Of a stretch of 64,000 nucleotides of DNA, positions 1 to 9,936 are shown one piece after another. Location: assembly GCA_963802255.1 (NCBI GenBank), contig CAWDHY010000001.1, forward strand, positions 107,274 through 171,273. The letters run 5' to 3'. How positions within the stretch are numbered: the first letter of the stretch is position 1; every line of letters starts with the position of its first letter. This stretch comes from Candidatus Magasanikiibacteriota bacterium. Its GTDB lineage: Bacteria; Patescibacteriota; Patescibacteriia; Magasanikbacterales; GWA2-37-8. A program made the translations under genes and the position numbers. The notes beneath the pieces are model-generated. The model did not search any database. It saw nothing but the letters and a program-made list of their open reading frames with translations, and was not told the origin of the DNA.

Positions 1-4
1 ATGG

Positions 5-577
5 TTGAGAGATGCGCAAAAATTTGTTGCGTCGCTAAGCATTGTCGCCGGCATCGTCGCCGTGGTTATTTCACCGAGCTGGTGGACCATATCACTGCTG
101 GCATTACAGATTATCTTGTATTATGTATTTAAACGTTTATCTGTTGCCAAAAAGCCAAAGAATTGGGGAATTGTTTATGACAAGACAGACAAGAAACCAA
201 TTAACAGAGTTGTAGCAAGATTGTTCAGTAAACAGTTTAACAAACTGGTTGCGACCGAGGTGACGGATAATAATGGGAGATATTCATTTATGGTCGGTCC
301 GAATGAGTATTTTATAACTTTCGATAAAAACGGGTATGATAAATTGGTAAGTTCCGATATCCAAATAAAACAAAAAAATGAAGTGGTAAAGGTTGATATC
401 GGAATGGAAAAAGCGGGGTTGATGCCTAAAACACCTTCGCAAGTGAATACTCCACCGGGCATGACAACATCACCTGAATCTCCGCCACAGACGCCGTCTT
501 TGCCATCTTCGCCGACAACAGCCGCCTCAGCGTCTGAAACACCACCGGCTAATTTGCCATTGGACCCGCCAGTGTAA
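5..577 (+). CDS. hypothetical exported protein with a CarbopepD_reg-like beta-sandwich segment and a Pro/Ser/Thr-rich C-terminus; probably 5'-truncated by the window edge (track start is TTG)
   Basis: ORF track frame; motif TDNNGRYSF..GYDK resembles the carboxypeptidase-regulatory-like domain; low-complexity PxSP tail; strong terminator immediately downstream. Confidence 0.35.
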   Translation: MRDAQKFVASLSIVAGIVAVVISPSWWTISLLALQIILYYVFKRLSVAKKPKNWGIVYDKTDKKPINRVVARLFSKQFNKLVATEVTDNNGRYSFMVGPNEYFITFDKNGYDKLVSSDIQIKQKNEVVKVDIGMEKAGLMPKTPSQVNTPPGMTTSPESPPQTPSLPSSPTTAASASETPPANLPLDPPV

Positions 578-587
578 AAATAATTTA

Positions 588-615
588 AAACGCCGCCATT
601 TGGCGGCGTTTTTTA
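588..615 (+). terminator. rho-independent terminator (stem cgccgcca/tggcggcg followed by TTTTTT)
   Basis: perfect 8-bp GC-rich hairpin at 591-608 followed by a T-run. Confidence 0.7.
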
Positions 616-626
616 TACATATTATC

Positions 627-654
627 TTGACAAATATTACCGGCGGAGTATAAT
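627..654 (+). promoter_or_regulatory. sigma70-like promoter for tRNA-Ala (TTGACA, 16-nt spacer, TATAAT)
   Basis: -35 TTGACA at 627-632 and -10 TATAAT at 649-654, about 14 nt upstream of the tRNA 5' end. Confidence 0.55.
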
Positions 655-667
655 ATTTTTGCATTTC

Positions 668-744
668 GGGCCGTTAGCTCAGCTGGCTAGAGCGCTTCCA
701 TGGCATGGAAGAGGCCAAGGGTTCGAATCCCTTACGGTCCACCA
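668..744 (+). tRNA. tRNA-Ala (anticodon GGC), CCA encoded
   Basis: hand-folded cloverleaf; G3:U70 alanine identity pair; anticodon loop AUGGCAU; T-loop TTCGAAT; terminal CCA present. Confidence 0.9.
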
Positions 745-791
745 GAATGTTTAAGGAGACGCATGAGAGTGCGTCTCAAGTTATTAATATT

Positions 792-1877
792 ATGTCCTTA
801 TCCGTTGGCATCGTCGGTTTGCCGAATGTCGGCAAATCAACGCTTTTTAATGCTTTGACCCGCAGTAAGCTGGCCAATGCGCAAAATTACCCTTTTTGTA
901 CAATCGATCCAAATATCGGTGTTGTTGAAGTGCCCGATGAACGTCTGACCAAGCTGGCTGAAGTGTCAAAATCACAAAAAATTATTTCGACGACGATTGA
1001 GTTTGTGGATATCGCCGGTCTGGTTGCGGGCGCCTCGAAAGGTGAAGGTTTGGGGAATCAATTTTTATCGCATATAAGGGAAGTAGATGCCATTGTTCAG
1101 GTTGTGCGGGATTTTAAAGATTCAAATGTATTACACGTCAGCAATAAGGTTGATCCCAAAGAAGACGCAGAGATTATTAACCTTGAATTATCGCTGGCCG
1201 ATTTAGGCACAGTTAGCAAGCGTCTTGACTCAGTAAAGAAAAACGCCAAGGGCGCAGCCGCAAAGGATGCGCAGAAGGCAATTGAATTATTGGAGAGAGT
1301 CTACGCATATTTGCAAAATGGTGGAGCGGCCCGTGAACTTGAATATACAGAAGATGAAAAAAATATAATGCGAGATTTATGTCTTTTGACAATGAAGCCG
1401 ATGTTGTTTGTGCTGAATGTTGACGAGGCCGGATCAGCAAATGGCGTGCCGGTGAAAATTAATGAAGGCACAGTTCAAATTGAGATATGTGCAAAGTTGG
1501 AGTCTGAATTGGCAGACCTAAATGAAGCTGAAGCAAAAGAATATCTGAAAGGTATTGGCATGGCGGAGACAGGATTGGATAAACTGATCAGAGCGAGTTA
1601 TAATTTGTTGGATTTGGTAACATTTCTGACCAGTGGCGAACCGGAGACGCGCGCCTGGACGGTGAGAAATGGCGCAAAAGCGCCTGAAGCGGCGGGTGTT
1701 ATTCATACGGATTTTATAAAGGGTTTTATTAAGGCCGACGTAGTGAATTGGGAGGATTTTGTAAAATTTGGAGGTTGGAGTAAGATAAAGGAAACCGGGA
1801 AAATGAGATTGGAGGGTAAGGAATATATAGTTAATGATGGCGATGTCATATATTTTCATATCAATACCGTTAAATAA
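792..1877 (+). CDS. ychF: ribosome-binding ATPase YchF (Obg-family GTPase)
   Basis: G1 motif GIVGLPNVGKSTLFNALT, NYPFCTIDPNxG, TGS-like C-terminus. The track ORF begins at 705 inside the tRNA; the conserved N-terminus begins at ATG 792. Confidence 0.9.
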   Translation: MSLSVGIVGLPNVGKSTLFNALTRSKLANAQNYPFCTIDPNIGVVEVPDERLTKLAEVSKSQKIISTTIEFVDIAGLVAGASKGEGLGNQFLSHIREVDAIVQVVRDFKDSNVLHVSNKVDPKEDAEIINLELSLADLGTVSKRLDSVKKNAKGAAAKDAQKAIELLERVYAYLQNGGAARELEYTEDEKNIMRDLCLLTMKPMLFVLNVDEAGSANGVPVKINEGTVQIEICAKLESELADLNEAEAKEYLKGIGMAETGLDKLIRASYNLLDLVTFLTSGEPETRAWTVRNGAKAPEAAGVIHTDFIKGFIKADVVNWEDFVKFGGWSKIKETGKMRLEGKEYIVNDGDVIYFHINTVK

Positions 1878-1936
1878 TGTACTCTGCAAATTGCCTGAAA
1901 GTGGCGCTTAACAGGGTAAATACATAAATAATATTT

Positions 1937-2929
1937 ATGAAAAAAACAATTGGCATATTGGCGTTATTTATCGTTCTTATCGCTGGGGCGATGCTGTTTA
2001 GCGGGTGCGGAAAGAAATCTGATAATTCGGATATTAAGGACGGGAATACTCAGAAAATTGAAGATCAATCTGACAATTCAGAATTTATTATCGGTAAGCC
2101 TTGGATACAAGTAGTAAAAGAAGGTGTTTTTTTAGTTGTAGCTGACGCGGAAAATAAAGTTTTGAAAACAGGGGATGAAATAGATAATGGTGCGACAATT
2201 GAAACTGACGAGCATGGCTTGGCTAATGTATTTTTTCCGGACGGATCAGTAGCCAGACTTGATTCGCAGACCAAAATTACGGTTTTAACAGGAGATTTTA
2301 ATGAAAAAACTAAAACATTAACAGTCCGGATAAAATTAGTTGCCGGAAATTTATGGTCAAAAATTATGAAGCTGGCAACGCCAGAATCTGTTTGGGAAGT
2401 TCAGACCACTAATGCAGTCGCCGCGGTTCGTGGCACAGCATTTGGCATGAGTTTTTTTGAAGGAAATACCAGAGTGATCGGATCAGAGCATAATATTGAA
2501 GTTAACCCGGTTAATCCGGAGACGGGAGATGTTATTGAAAGCCAACGCGTAGTAGTTGAGGAACAAAAATATTTGGAGATATCAGATGTTTTGGCGCTTA
2601 ATTATGCCAGTGGGGAGAAATATCTGACAGATAGCATAAAGCAAATAAATGATGTTTTACTCAGCGAAGAGTGGATAAGGAATTCGCAGGAAGCCGACCG
2701 GGAAATAAATAATCGGTTGCAGAGTTTTGAAGAAAGCGGTTTAACAAGCGATCAGGCGCTTGAAAGATATCGTGAAACAATAAAAGAATTTGAGTTGTTA
2801 AATATCGGCGATGATTCGTCTTACAGAACAATTCAAAGTGATGACAGTATTGATTTGTTAGGTGTGACTCCGACTGATACCAGTACAACGACAGAACCGG
2901 TGGTGACTGAAAGAGTGCCACAGAAATAA
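1937..2929 (+). CDS. lipoprotein with a FecR-like domain
   Basis: signal peptide plus lipobox LFSGC; segment AVAAVRGTAFGMSF is typical of the FecR/DUF4974 fold. Confidence 0.45.
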   Translation: MKKTIGILALFIVLIAGAMLFSGCGKKSDNSDIKDGNTQKIEDQSDNSEFIIGKPWIQVVKEGVFLVVADAENKVLKTGDEIDNGATIETDEHGLANVFFPDGSVARLDSQTKITVLTGDFNEKTKTLTVRIKLVAGNLWSKIMKLATPESVWEVQTTNAVAAVRGTAFGMSFFEGNTRVIGSEHNIEVNPVNPETGDVIESQRVVVEEQKYLEISDVLALNYASGEKYLTDSIKQINDVLLSEEWIRNSQEADREINNRLQSFEESGLTSDQALERYRETIKEFELLNIGDDSSYRTIQSDDSIDLLGVTPTDTSTTTEPVVTERVPQK

Positions 2930-2973
2930 AAAACGGTCCGAATGGTGGGCCGCGAAAAAACTACTGAAGACAA

Positions 2974-4170
2974 TCAATTTTTTTTGAATCGCCAAATTTC
3001 CCGTCCGACTTTTTGATTCGGACGGACATATAACAGGGAATCATTGATTCGATTCTCTGTTTTTAGTAATGCTTCAGGCGTAAAGCCGAGTGTTTTTAAA
3101 TTTTCTTTAATATTTACAGTTATCCATTCACCCCTGTCTCTGAACCTCGGAAATACAATAATAACCCGCCCGCCCTTTTTTAAAATTTTTGAAAAAGATA
3201 TAAATGCCATCCGATAAAGTACGGAGAGTTCGGATGCTTGTCTGCGTAGTTCAGTCGTGTTTTCCTTGCCGTGGAGTGGCTTTCCAAGGAATGGCTCGGT
3301 AATAATATTATCCACTAATTCAGAACCAATAATTTTTGGAAGGGACGAAACGTCGGATTCGTGCAAATCTATTTGTATATTTTCCAGCCCTACATTTTTT
3401 GAAATCAGCCAATCAATATTTGACTGTGTATCAGCAATGGCTTTTCTTGATTTATCGGCACCAATAATTTTATCTACACCCATTATCATCGCCTCAGTAA
3501 TAATGGTACCTGAACCGCAAAAAGGATCTAAAATTGTATCCCTCTTTTTGATAAATGATAAATTTAGCATTATGCGCGCCAATTTCGGCGGTAACATTCC
3601 GCTTAAGTCATCGCGTTCCGGCCGGCCAAAATCACGGTCGCCCCATTCTTTGAACGGCTGGATCACGGTTGTTTTCGCGACAAAAAAATTACTGCCTTCT
3701 TGAGAGATTAAAAATTCCCTGCCTCGTCTATCCAGACCATTTTTTTCCACAGTTACCGTTGATAAAATAGCCTCCCCATTGAAAACATAACGCGCTGAAA
3801 TCCCTGATTGTTTAAGTCGTTTTTTGACTTCTTTGCCTATTATTTCAGAAAATTTTGCGTTTCCTCCCGCACAATAGTTGCTTATTCCAAATATTACTTT
3901 TCCCGGGATAGTGTTTAAATTTTCGTAAATTTTCGTTATCAGAGATTCTTCGTCGTCTGTTGAGAAAAGGCCAGTTGCGATTTTTACTGTGCCCCCCAAT
4001 CGCTTCATTATCTCACATTCATCAAAGTTTCTTCCGCTGACAATAAAAAATGGCGGTTTGTATATACCTCCATTACCATTAAGCTCTAAAACAGCGGATA
4101 TTTCGGCGGCGGAAAGATCAGGGAACGATCCTAAAATAAACCATTTTTCATTTTCAATTGAACGCAGCAT
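2974..4170 (-). CDS. class I SAM-dependent RNA methyltransferase (UPF0020/THUMP-associated family)
   Basis: motif I LDPFCGSGT, followed by IGADKS and a downstream acidic/aromatic motif. Confidence 0.55.
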   Translation of the reverse strand: MLRSIENEKWFILGSFPDLSAAEISAVLELNGNGGIYKPPFFIVSGRNFDECEIMKRLGGTVKIATGLFSTDDEESLITKIYENLNTIPGKVIFGISNYCAGGNAKFSEIIGKEVKKRLKQSGISARYVFNGEAILSTVTVEKNGLDRRGREFLISQEGSNFFVAKTTVIQPFKEWGDRDFGRPERDDLSGMLPPKLARIMLNLSFIKKRDTILDPFCGSGTIITEAMIMGVDKIIGADKSRKAIADTQSNIDWLISKNVGLENIQIDLHESDVSSLPKIIGSELVDNIITEPFLGKPLHGKENTTELRRQASELSVLYRMAFISFSKILKKGGRVIIVFPRFRDRGEWITVNIKENLKTLGFTPEALLKTENRINDSLLYVRPNQKVGREIWRFKKN

Positions 4171-4180
4171 GAAATAGAAA

Positions 4181-4582
4181 TTAATTTATCATGTTTTCGG
4201 CCGGCTCACTTGATGTTGTCATAATAATTTCAGAAACCGGTTTTTGATCCAAATAAATATATGAATTATAAAAAAATATGTTTCTCGCTTTTTCCGGTAT
4301 TGGTGAGGTGTTATTTTTTTTATCAATAATTTCTTCTACTCGCGTTACAGCCGAAGAATTTATATCAGCTGTAACTTCTAAACCCGTTTTTTGAATGATT
4401 TTTTCATTGGTTGAATTAAACAGGCTGACTGCACGGCGATATACAGATATTCCATAAATGCAAAGACAGATGGTGATAATGATTATGACAGAAAGCGAAG
4501 AAATGAGCCAAATAATGTAATTTTTTTCGCTCGCACTTAGAGGCCTCTTTAATATGGTTTTTTTATTCTGTCGGTTGGGCAT
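4181..4582 (-). CDS. single-TM membrane protein, distal gene of the pilus operon (PilP-like position)
   Basis: one N-terminal TM helix; 4-nt overlap with the upstream pilO-like gene. Confidence 0.3.
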   Translation of the reverse strand: MPNRQNKKTILKRPLSASEKNYIIWLISSLSVIIIITICLCIYGISVYRRAVSLFNSTNEKIIQKTGLEVTADINSSAVTRVEEIIDKKNNTSPIPEKARNIFFYNSYIYLDQKPVSEIIMTTSSEPAENMIN

Positions 4583-5108
4583 ATAGAGATAAATTTAGCC
4601 GCACGTTCGCATTTATTTGTGCACTATTTTCCGCGCTTAATGAACCGGATGGTAAAAACTCAATTTTTTGGATTGATATGACATATTTATATGTTTCCAG
4701 GGCAGATAAATATTTGATCATATTAGACAGCGGACCTGACACATTTAACACAATGTCAATCCGGTTGTCGGTATAATTATCCAAATTTGAACTGACAATT
4801 TTATAAGTTACGTTATTTATTGCCGCAATGTTCTCGAAGTCTGTAATTAAGGAAAGTTCATCTCCGGTTGTGAATAAAAATTGACCGAAGCTGTCTATGC
4901 GTCCACCGACTGATTTTATCATAGCTAAACTGTCTCGCAAATTTTCAGTGCTTAAATTTCTTTTGTTTAATGACTCAATCCGGGTGGAGATAGTGTTTGA
5001 TTGAGTGCTGATTCGGTTTGAAATGTAAACTCCAGCAACAATAAGCAATATATTCGCGGTCAGCGAAATTGCGAGAAAAATAACTGTTTTTTTAACGGCG
5101 ATATTCAT
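4563..5108 (-). CDS. pilO: type IV pilus assembly protein PilO-like
   Basis: N-terminal TM helix, coiled-coil and C-terminal domain; position after pilN. Confidence 0.45.
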   Translation of the reverse strand: MNIAVKKTVIFLAISLTANILLIVAGVYISNRISTQSNTISTRIESLNKRNLSTENLRDSLAMIKSVGGRIDSFGQFLFTTGDELSLITDFENIAAINNVTYKIVSSNLDNYTDNRIDIVLNVSGPLSNMIKYLSALETYKYVISIQKIEFLPSGSLSAENSAQINANVRLNLSLYAQPTE

Positions 5109-5660
5109 TTATTTGGCGGTTAAATTATTTTCCATTTTTATCGTCAGCTGGATTTGAAATGTGACATCATTTTTTTGCAGAAGCTGGGATGTGGGCAAGT
5201 ATGTTTTTTCTACCCAAGGGAGCGCGGCTAGCCGGGCTTCATAAGCAATAAGCGCGTCTCGGGTTTTAGCCGTGCCTGGTATATTTATTGAAAAATCATT
5301 TATATCAAGAGTGATGCCTGTAATTTTTATATCCTGCGGGACTGAATTAATAATTGACCAAAAACGGGAAGTCAGCAAGCCAAAATTTTTTCCGGCAAGA
5401 TTAAGCTGCTCGGCTCGGTCATTGATTTTGCGAATTTCTTCATTATAAAATGCGTAGCGTTGGCCTGAATCCATTGATAGCTGGTTTATTATCTTAACCT
5501 GATCAAAAAATAAGAAATATATTAATCCGAGAAAACCGTCAAAAATAATTAGGATAATAAAGAGACAGCGCATAACATTGCGAATCCAGGCCGCAAAGGC
5601 GACGGTTTTGACCACTCGTCGGTCTTCGTCTTTTAAAAAATTTAGATGAATTGGCATCAT
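5109..5660 (-). CDS. pilN: type IV pilus assembly protein PilN-like
   Basis: short cytoplasmic N-terminus (binds PilM), TM helix and periplasmic domain; immediately downstream of pilM. Confidence 0.55.
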   Translation of the reverse strand: MMPIHLNFLKDEDRRVVKTVAFAAWIRNVMRCLFIILIIFDGFLGLIYFLFFDQVKIINQLSMDSGQRYAFYNEEIRKINDRAEQLNLAGKNFGLLTSRFWSIINSVPQDIKITGITLDINDFSINIPGTAKTRDALIAYEARLAALPWVEKTYLPTSQLLQKNDVTFQIQLTIKMENNLTAK

Positions 5661-5661
5661 A

Positions 5662-6753
5662 CTATTTAATAAGCGGCCATTCGGTAGCTCTCAAGGCAAG
5701 CCCGATTGCCGAAGCCATTGCCAAGCTGTCTCCCTTTTCATTATTCAAATTTGGATTAAATAAATTTTTCCACACATTACCAGGGGCGGATTCAATTTTC
5801 AGCTTGTCTGACAAAAATTTGTCCAGATTAAACATCCCGGAAAGCCCCCCGGACATAGTAATGTGAGTGACCGGGTTTGGCTCGAAGAAATGGTCGCGGT
5901 AAAAAGCTGTCGCCTGATAGATACTATCAACCAATTTTTCGCTAAGTTCAGTTATGATTTTTAAATATGCTGGATATTTGTCGCAATAGTTTAGACCGTT
6001 ATTATCTTTTAGCGCCGTTGCCGCGGCTAACTCGATTTTGAACTGCTGCATGATGGAAGTATCAATTAAATCTCCGGAAAAATTTAGTAGTGAACTGAAC
6101 TGTATGGAACCTTTGTCATAAATTATCAAGCTTGAACGGGACCCGCCCAAGTCGAGGACCGCCCTGGCTTCGCCTGAGTATTCTTTGTCTGCGGTAATCA
6201 TTGACCGAGCAATGGAGAGGTCTTCGATTTCCAAAGCTAATGGCGATAAGGAAGCTGATTTTAACAGATTTGAGTATGATTCAACAATTGTTTTCGGCGT
6301 TGCGCCGAGAAGGGCGAAGGTGGCACTGGGTTTAAGTGTTTGTCCGCGGATTATCTGCCAGTCAATATTCATTTCATTAATATCCATCGGCAAATGCTTC
6401 GCTGCTTCAAATCGTATTGTTTCGTCGCTGATTTCATTTTCCGGAGCGCTGATGCGGATTAGCTTTAGAAATGTTTTTGTAATAGGCAGGTTAGCGACTA
6501 CCCATGGCGTATGAATTGCCGGAGCGTCTTTTTGTCTGCTTAACAAAATTTTAATTTTTTCCTTGGCTAATTCAGCCTGTAAAATTTCTCCGTTTGAAAT
6601 ACAACCGGCCGGTAAAGATATCTTTCGGATATCGCGTACCGCATATCGTGGTACACGTCCAATTCTGGTTTCCTTTTCAAGGCGTACAAGTTTGAGCGAT
6701 GAATCACCGATATCAAGCCCGAAGGCGTCATTGAATGGACTATTGATAAACAT
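5662..6753 (-). CDS. pilM: type IV pilus assembly ATPase-like protein PilM (actin fold)
   Basis: actin-like ATPase motifs (LDLGGSRSSLIIYDKG, GGLSG) and operon context. Confidence 0.75.
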   Translation of the reverse strand: MFINSPFNDAFGLDIGDSSLKLVRLEKETRIGRVPRYAVRDIRKISLPAGCISNGEILQAELAKEKIKILLSRQKDAPAIHTPWVVANLPITKTFLKLIRISAPENEISDETIRFEAAKHLPMDINEMNIDWQIIRGQTLKPSATFALLGATPKTIVESYSNLLKSASLSPLALEIEDLSIARSMITADKEYSGEARAVLDLGGSRSSLIIYDKGSIQFSSLLNFSGDLIDTSIMQQFKIELAAATALKDNNGLNYCDKYPAYLKIITELSEKLVDSIYQATAFYRDHFFEPNPVTHITMSGGLSGMFNLDKFLSDKLKIESAPGNVWKNLFNPNLNNEKGDSLAMASAIGLALRATEWPLIK

Positions 6754-6757
6754 AAGT

Positions 6758-7858
6758 CTAAATATTTTGTGCCAATGAATACATTGGCATGATGACCGCT
6801 ACAGCGATGCCGGCTACTCCAAAACCAAGCAATAAAATAATTACTGGTTCAATAATGGCAGTAAAATTATTCATGGTTGTCTCCACTTCATTATTATAAT
6901 ATTCCGATAATTCCACAAGCATATTTTCCATTCGGCCTGATTGTTCGCCGACCATTATCATTTCAATTACCATAGGCGGAAAAGTTACCGGAAAACGCGA
7001 CAGCACTTCAGATAGCGCTTCGCCCCGCTTCAATGCTTCTGATGTAGCGAGCAGATTATTCCTGAATACTACATTGCCCAAAACCTCTGATGAAATTCTG
7101 ACAGCTTCGACAACCGGGATGGTTGATGCCAGAAGAGATGAGAGTGTCAATGTGAATCGCGCCAAATTAATTTTTTTTATTATGACCCCGGCGATTGGAA
7201 GACGCAAATTTAAAGAATGTACAGCGTATTTAAATGATGGAAGTTTCATCAGGCGTGCGAATGAAGCGATAATTATACCGACAATGATCAATACCAGCCA
7301 CCAATAATTCTGAGCAAATTTTGTGAGACTGATTAGAAAACGAGTGGCTAACGGGAGCTCTGCATCCATCTCGTCAAACATAACCATGATTTTTGGCAAA
7401 ATATAGAAGACAACAAATATGGAAATGCCGACCATGGCAATAATAATAATGAGCGGATAAATCATGGCGCCACGCACCTTTGATGATATTTGTTGACTTT
7501 TTTTCATCTGGTTGCTGATTTGCGTAAGCGCTTCTTCCATTTTTCCGGCTACTTCGCCGGCCGCAATCATGCTGACATAAATTTTCGGAAAAATCTTGGG
7601 ATAGTGCGCAAGTACTTCGCTCAACTGTTTCCCGGTTTCTACCTGAGCTTTAATTTCAGAAATAATTTTTTTAAGTTTTTTATTTTTTACTTCCTGACTA
7701 AGCACGTGTAAACTGGCCACAATTGAAAGTCCGGCTTTTGTCATTATCTGCAGGTGATGAACAAATAGATATTTTTCAACAAAAGGCACGCTGGTCAGGT
7801 TGTCCGTGAGCCAGAATTCTATTTTTTTCCAAAAAGTTAGCTTATTTTCGCCCTCCAT
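6758..7858 (-). CDS. pilC: type IV pilus platform protein PilC (GspF family)
   Basis: two T2SSF repeats, polytopic membrane protein; follows pilB. Confidence 0.85.
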   Translation of the reverse strand: MEGENKLTFWKKIEFWLTDNLTSVPFVEKYLFVHHLQIMTKAGLSIVASLHVLSQEVKNKKLKKIISEIKAQVETGKQLSEVLAHYPKIFPKIYVSMIAAGEVAGKMEEALTQISNQMKKSQQISSKVRGAMIYPLIIIIAMVGISIFVVFYILPKIMVMFDEMDAELPLATRFLISLTKFAQNYWWLVLIIVGIIIASFARLMKLPSFKYAVHSLNLRLPIAGVIIKKINLARFTLTLSSLLASTIPVVEAVRISSEVLGNVVFRNNLLATSEALKRGEALSEVLSRFPVTFPPMVIEMIMVGEQSGRMENMLVELSEYYNNEVETTMNNFTAIIEPVIILLLGFGVAGIAVAVIMPMYSLAQNI

Positions 7859-7864
7859 AAATAT

Positions 7865-9592
7865 TTAGTCCTTGGTTACGCGTAAAATTTCGCTAATTGT
7901 GGTGATTCCCATTTTTGCCTTAATTAAGCCGTCCTCGGACATGGTTAGCATTCCGAATTTCTGGGCAATCGTCTTAAGATCGGCTGCTGTGGCGTGTTCA
8001 TTAATTTTCTTAGTTATTTCATTATTAATTTCCAGCACTTCATATATGCCAAGACGCCCTTTATATCCTGTTTGGTTGCATTTTGTGCAACCGGTACCGC
8101 GATAAAAAGTAATTTCTTCAAGAGTTTTTTCTCCCTCGTCTAAGACGCCAGCTTGTTTAAATAAATTAATAATTTTCTCTACGCCGAATACTTTGGATAA
8201 TTCATTTAAAGAATTTTTGTCCAATTTAAATTCGGATTTGCAAAATGTGCAAATTTTTCTTAACAACCTTTGTGCGACGATCAGGTTTACGGTATAAGCA
8301 ACGAGAAATGGGGGCACCCCCATGTCAATCAAACGCGGTAGCGTGGTAGGTGCATCATTGGTGTGTAAAGTTGAGAGCACCAGGTGTCCGGTCATGGCCG
8401 CATGAACAGAAATTTCAGCTGTTTCTTGGTCTCGGATTTCTCCGACCATGATTATATTTGGATCTTGTCGTAAAAAAGAACGCAACCCGGTGGCAAAAGT
8501 GAAGCCAACTCTGGGGTTAATCTGACTTTGGTTGATACCCTTTATACGGTATTCAATCGGGTCTTCAATAGTGGAAATGTTCACACCAGGCTGGTTAAGT
8601 ATGCTTAATACGGAGTAGAGCGTGGTGGTTTTACCGGAACCAGTTGGGCCCGTAACAAGAATCATGCCGTTTGGTTTTTTTATGGCGCGTTCAAGCGCTT
8701 CTTTTGGCCCTTTAAGAAAACCAAGCTGGTCTAATGTCAGGGATTTAGCGCCCTCCGGTAAGAGACGCATTACGATTTTTTCGCCGTCGTACACCGGGAT
8801 GATGGAAACCCGGAAGGCGGTTTTTTCATTTTGAATTCTAATTTTAAAACGGCCGTCTTGCGGAGCCATATGCTCATCAAGTTTGAGGTTCGCCAGAATT
8901 TTTATTCTGGCGACAATTCCGTTTTGTAAGCTTTTTGGCAGAGTCATTATTGGTTTCAACACACCATCAATGCGATAACGAATTCCTAATTCCATTTCAC
9001 TCGGTTCGATGTGTATATCTGAAGCACCTTCATAAATGGCATGTTCCAGGATACTATTAACAACATTAACAATCGGCAGTTCTTCAGCTACTTTTTTTAG
9101 GTCTCCGCTGGAAGCGGCTTCGGCCGATTTTTCCTGAATAATTTTAAACTCCTCTTCAAAACCCGTCCGATACATGCGCAGCGCCCCTTTCATTTCAGTC
9201 GGAGATGTTACCGCAATTTTTGGTTCTAATCCGGTTTTTCGGCGGATAAACTCGGCGGCTTCAATATCCGTCGGATCTGTCATCGCGAGCAAAACCTCAT
9301 TTTTTGTCTTGTCGTAAGCAACCACATTGTGCGTCAGCGCTAGAGGATTGGGGACAAGATTGATAACATCCTGCGGGATATCGCGGCCTTTGAAGGTTAC
9401 GAATTCCAGGCCGAGATATTCAGCTATCTTCAAAAAAAGCGCGTTTTCATCTAAAATATTTGCGCCTATGGCGATCTCAACTAAGTCCTTATTTTGCGCG
9501 GTAGCGTCTTTTTTTGCCTGTTCCCATTTCTTTTCATCGCTTAAAAGACCAAATTTTTTTACAACCTCCTCTAATATATTTATTGGTAGCAT
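7865..9592 (-). CDS. pilB: type IV pilus assembly ATPase PilB (GspE family)
   Basis: N-terminal GSPII domain, Walker A GPTGSGKTTTLYS, Asp/His boxes, C-terminal CxxC...CxxC. The track start at 9631 is TTG; the first ATG is at 9592. Confidence 0.9.
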   Translation of the reverse strand: MLPINILEEVVKKFGLLSDEKKWEQAKKDATAQNKDLVEIAIGANILDENALFLKIAEYLGLEFVTFKGRDIPQDVINLVPNPLALTHNVVAYDKTKNEVLLAMTDPTDIEAAEFIRRKTGLEPKIAVTSPTEMKGALRMYRTGFEEEFKIIQEKSAEAASSGDLKKVAEELPIVNVVNSILEHAIYEGASDIHIEPSEMELGIRYRIDGVLKPIMTLPKSLQNGIVARIKILANLKLDEHMAPQDGRFKIRIQNEKTAFRVSIIPVYDGEKIVMRLLPEGAKSLTLDQLGFLKGPKEALERAIKKPNGMILVTGPTGSGKTTTLYSVLSILNQPGVNISTIEDPIEYRIKGINQSQINPRVGFTFATGLRSFLRQDPNIIMVGEIRDQETAEISVHAAMTGHLVLSTLHTNDAPTTLPRLIDMGVPPFLVAYTVNLIVAQRLLRKICTFCKSEFKLDKNSLNELSKVFGVEKIINLFKQAGVLDEGEKTLEEITFYRGTGCTKCNQTGYKGRLGIYEVLEINNEITKKINEHATAADLKTIAQKFGMLTMSEDGLIKAKMGITTISEILRVTKD

Positions 9593-9851
9593 ATTGTATA
9601 AGCAAAAAATCACCGTGAAGGTGTAATTCAAGTGTATTATAGCATATAAATTGGATATTTGCGAGAGTTATGAACCTGCTTGTTAAATATTCTTGTTTTA
9701 TCAAATTTTTGTCATTATTTAGAGAGGATTATTTGAATTACATGCAATATTTTATGGGGTTAAACTGACAAAATCCGCTAAAATGTGTGGGTTTGGCACA
9801 GTTAAAGGAAGTCTGTAATAGATGATGCTATTTGGCTGGAATTTATCAGGG

Positions 9852-9879
9852 TTGACTAATTTTACGCTTATGCTATATT
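9852..9879 (+). promoter_or_regulatory. candidate promoter for rpsF operon (TTGACT, 16-nt spacer, TATATT)
   Basis: sequence match only, in the AT-rich divergent intergenic region between pilB and rpsF. Confidence 0.35.
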
Positions 9880-9936
9880 AAATGCGCTAAAAAGGTAAAC
9901 ATTTCAGATTTACCGTAATTTGTAAAAACGTATATT

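Noticed and set aside
705-791. N-terminal extension of the ychF ORF (track start 705)
   Set aside because: The extension starts inside tRNA-Ala (668-744). The conserved YchF N-terminus (MSLSVGIVGLPNVGKST) begins at ATG 792.
1518-1889. 123-aa minus-strand ORF antisense to ychF, and similar antisense ORFs inside pilB, gyrA, pnp and the ATPase
   Set aside because: They are fully embedded in well-supported conserved genes on the opposite strand, with no independent signals.
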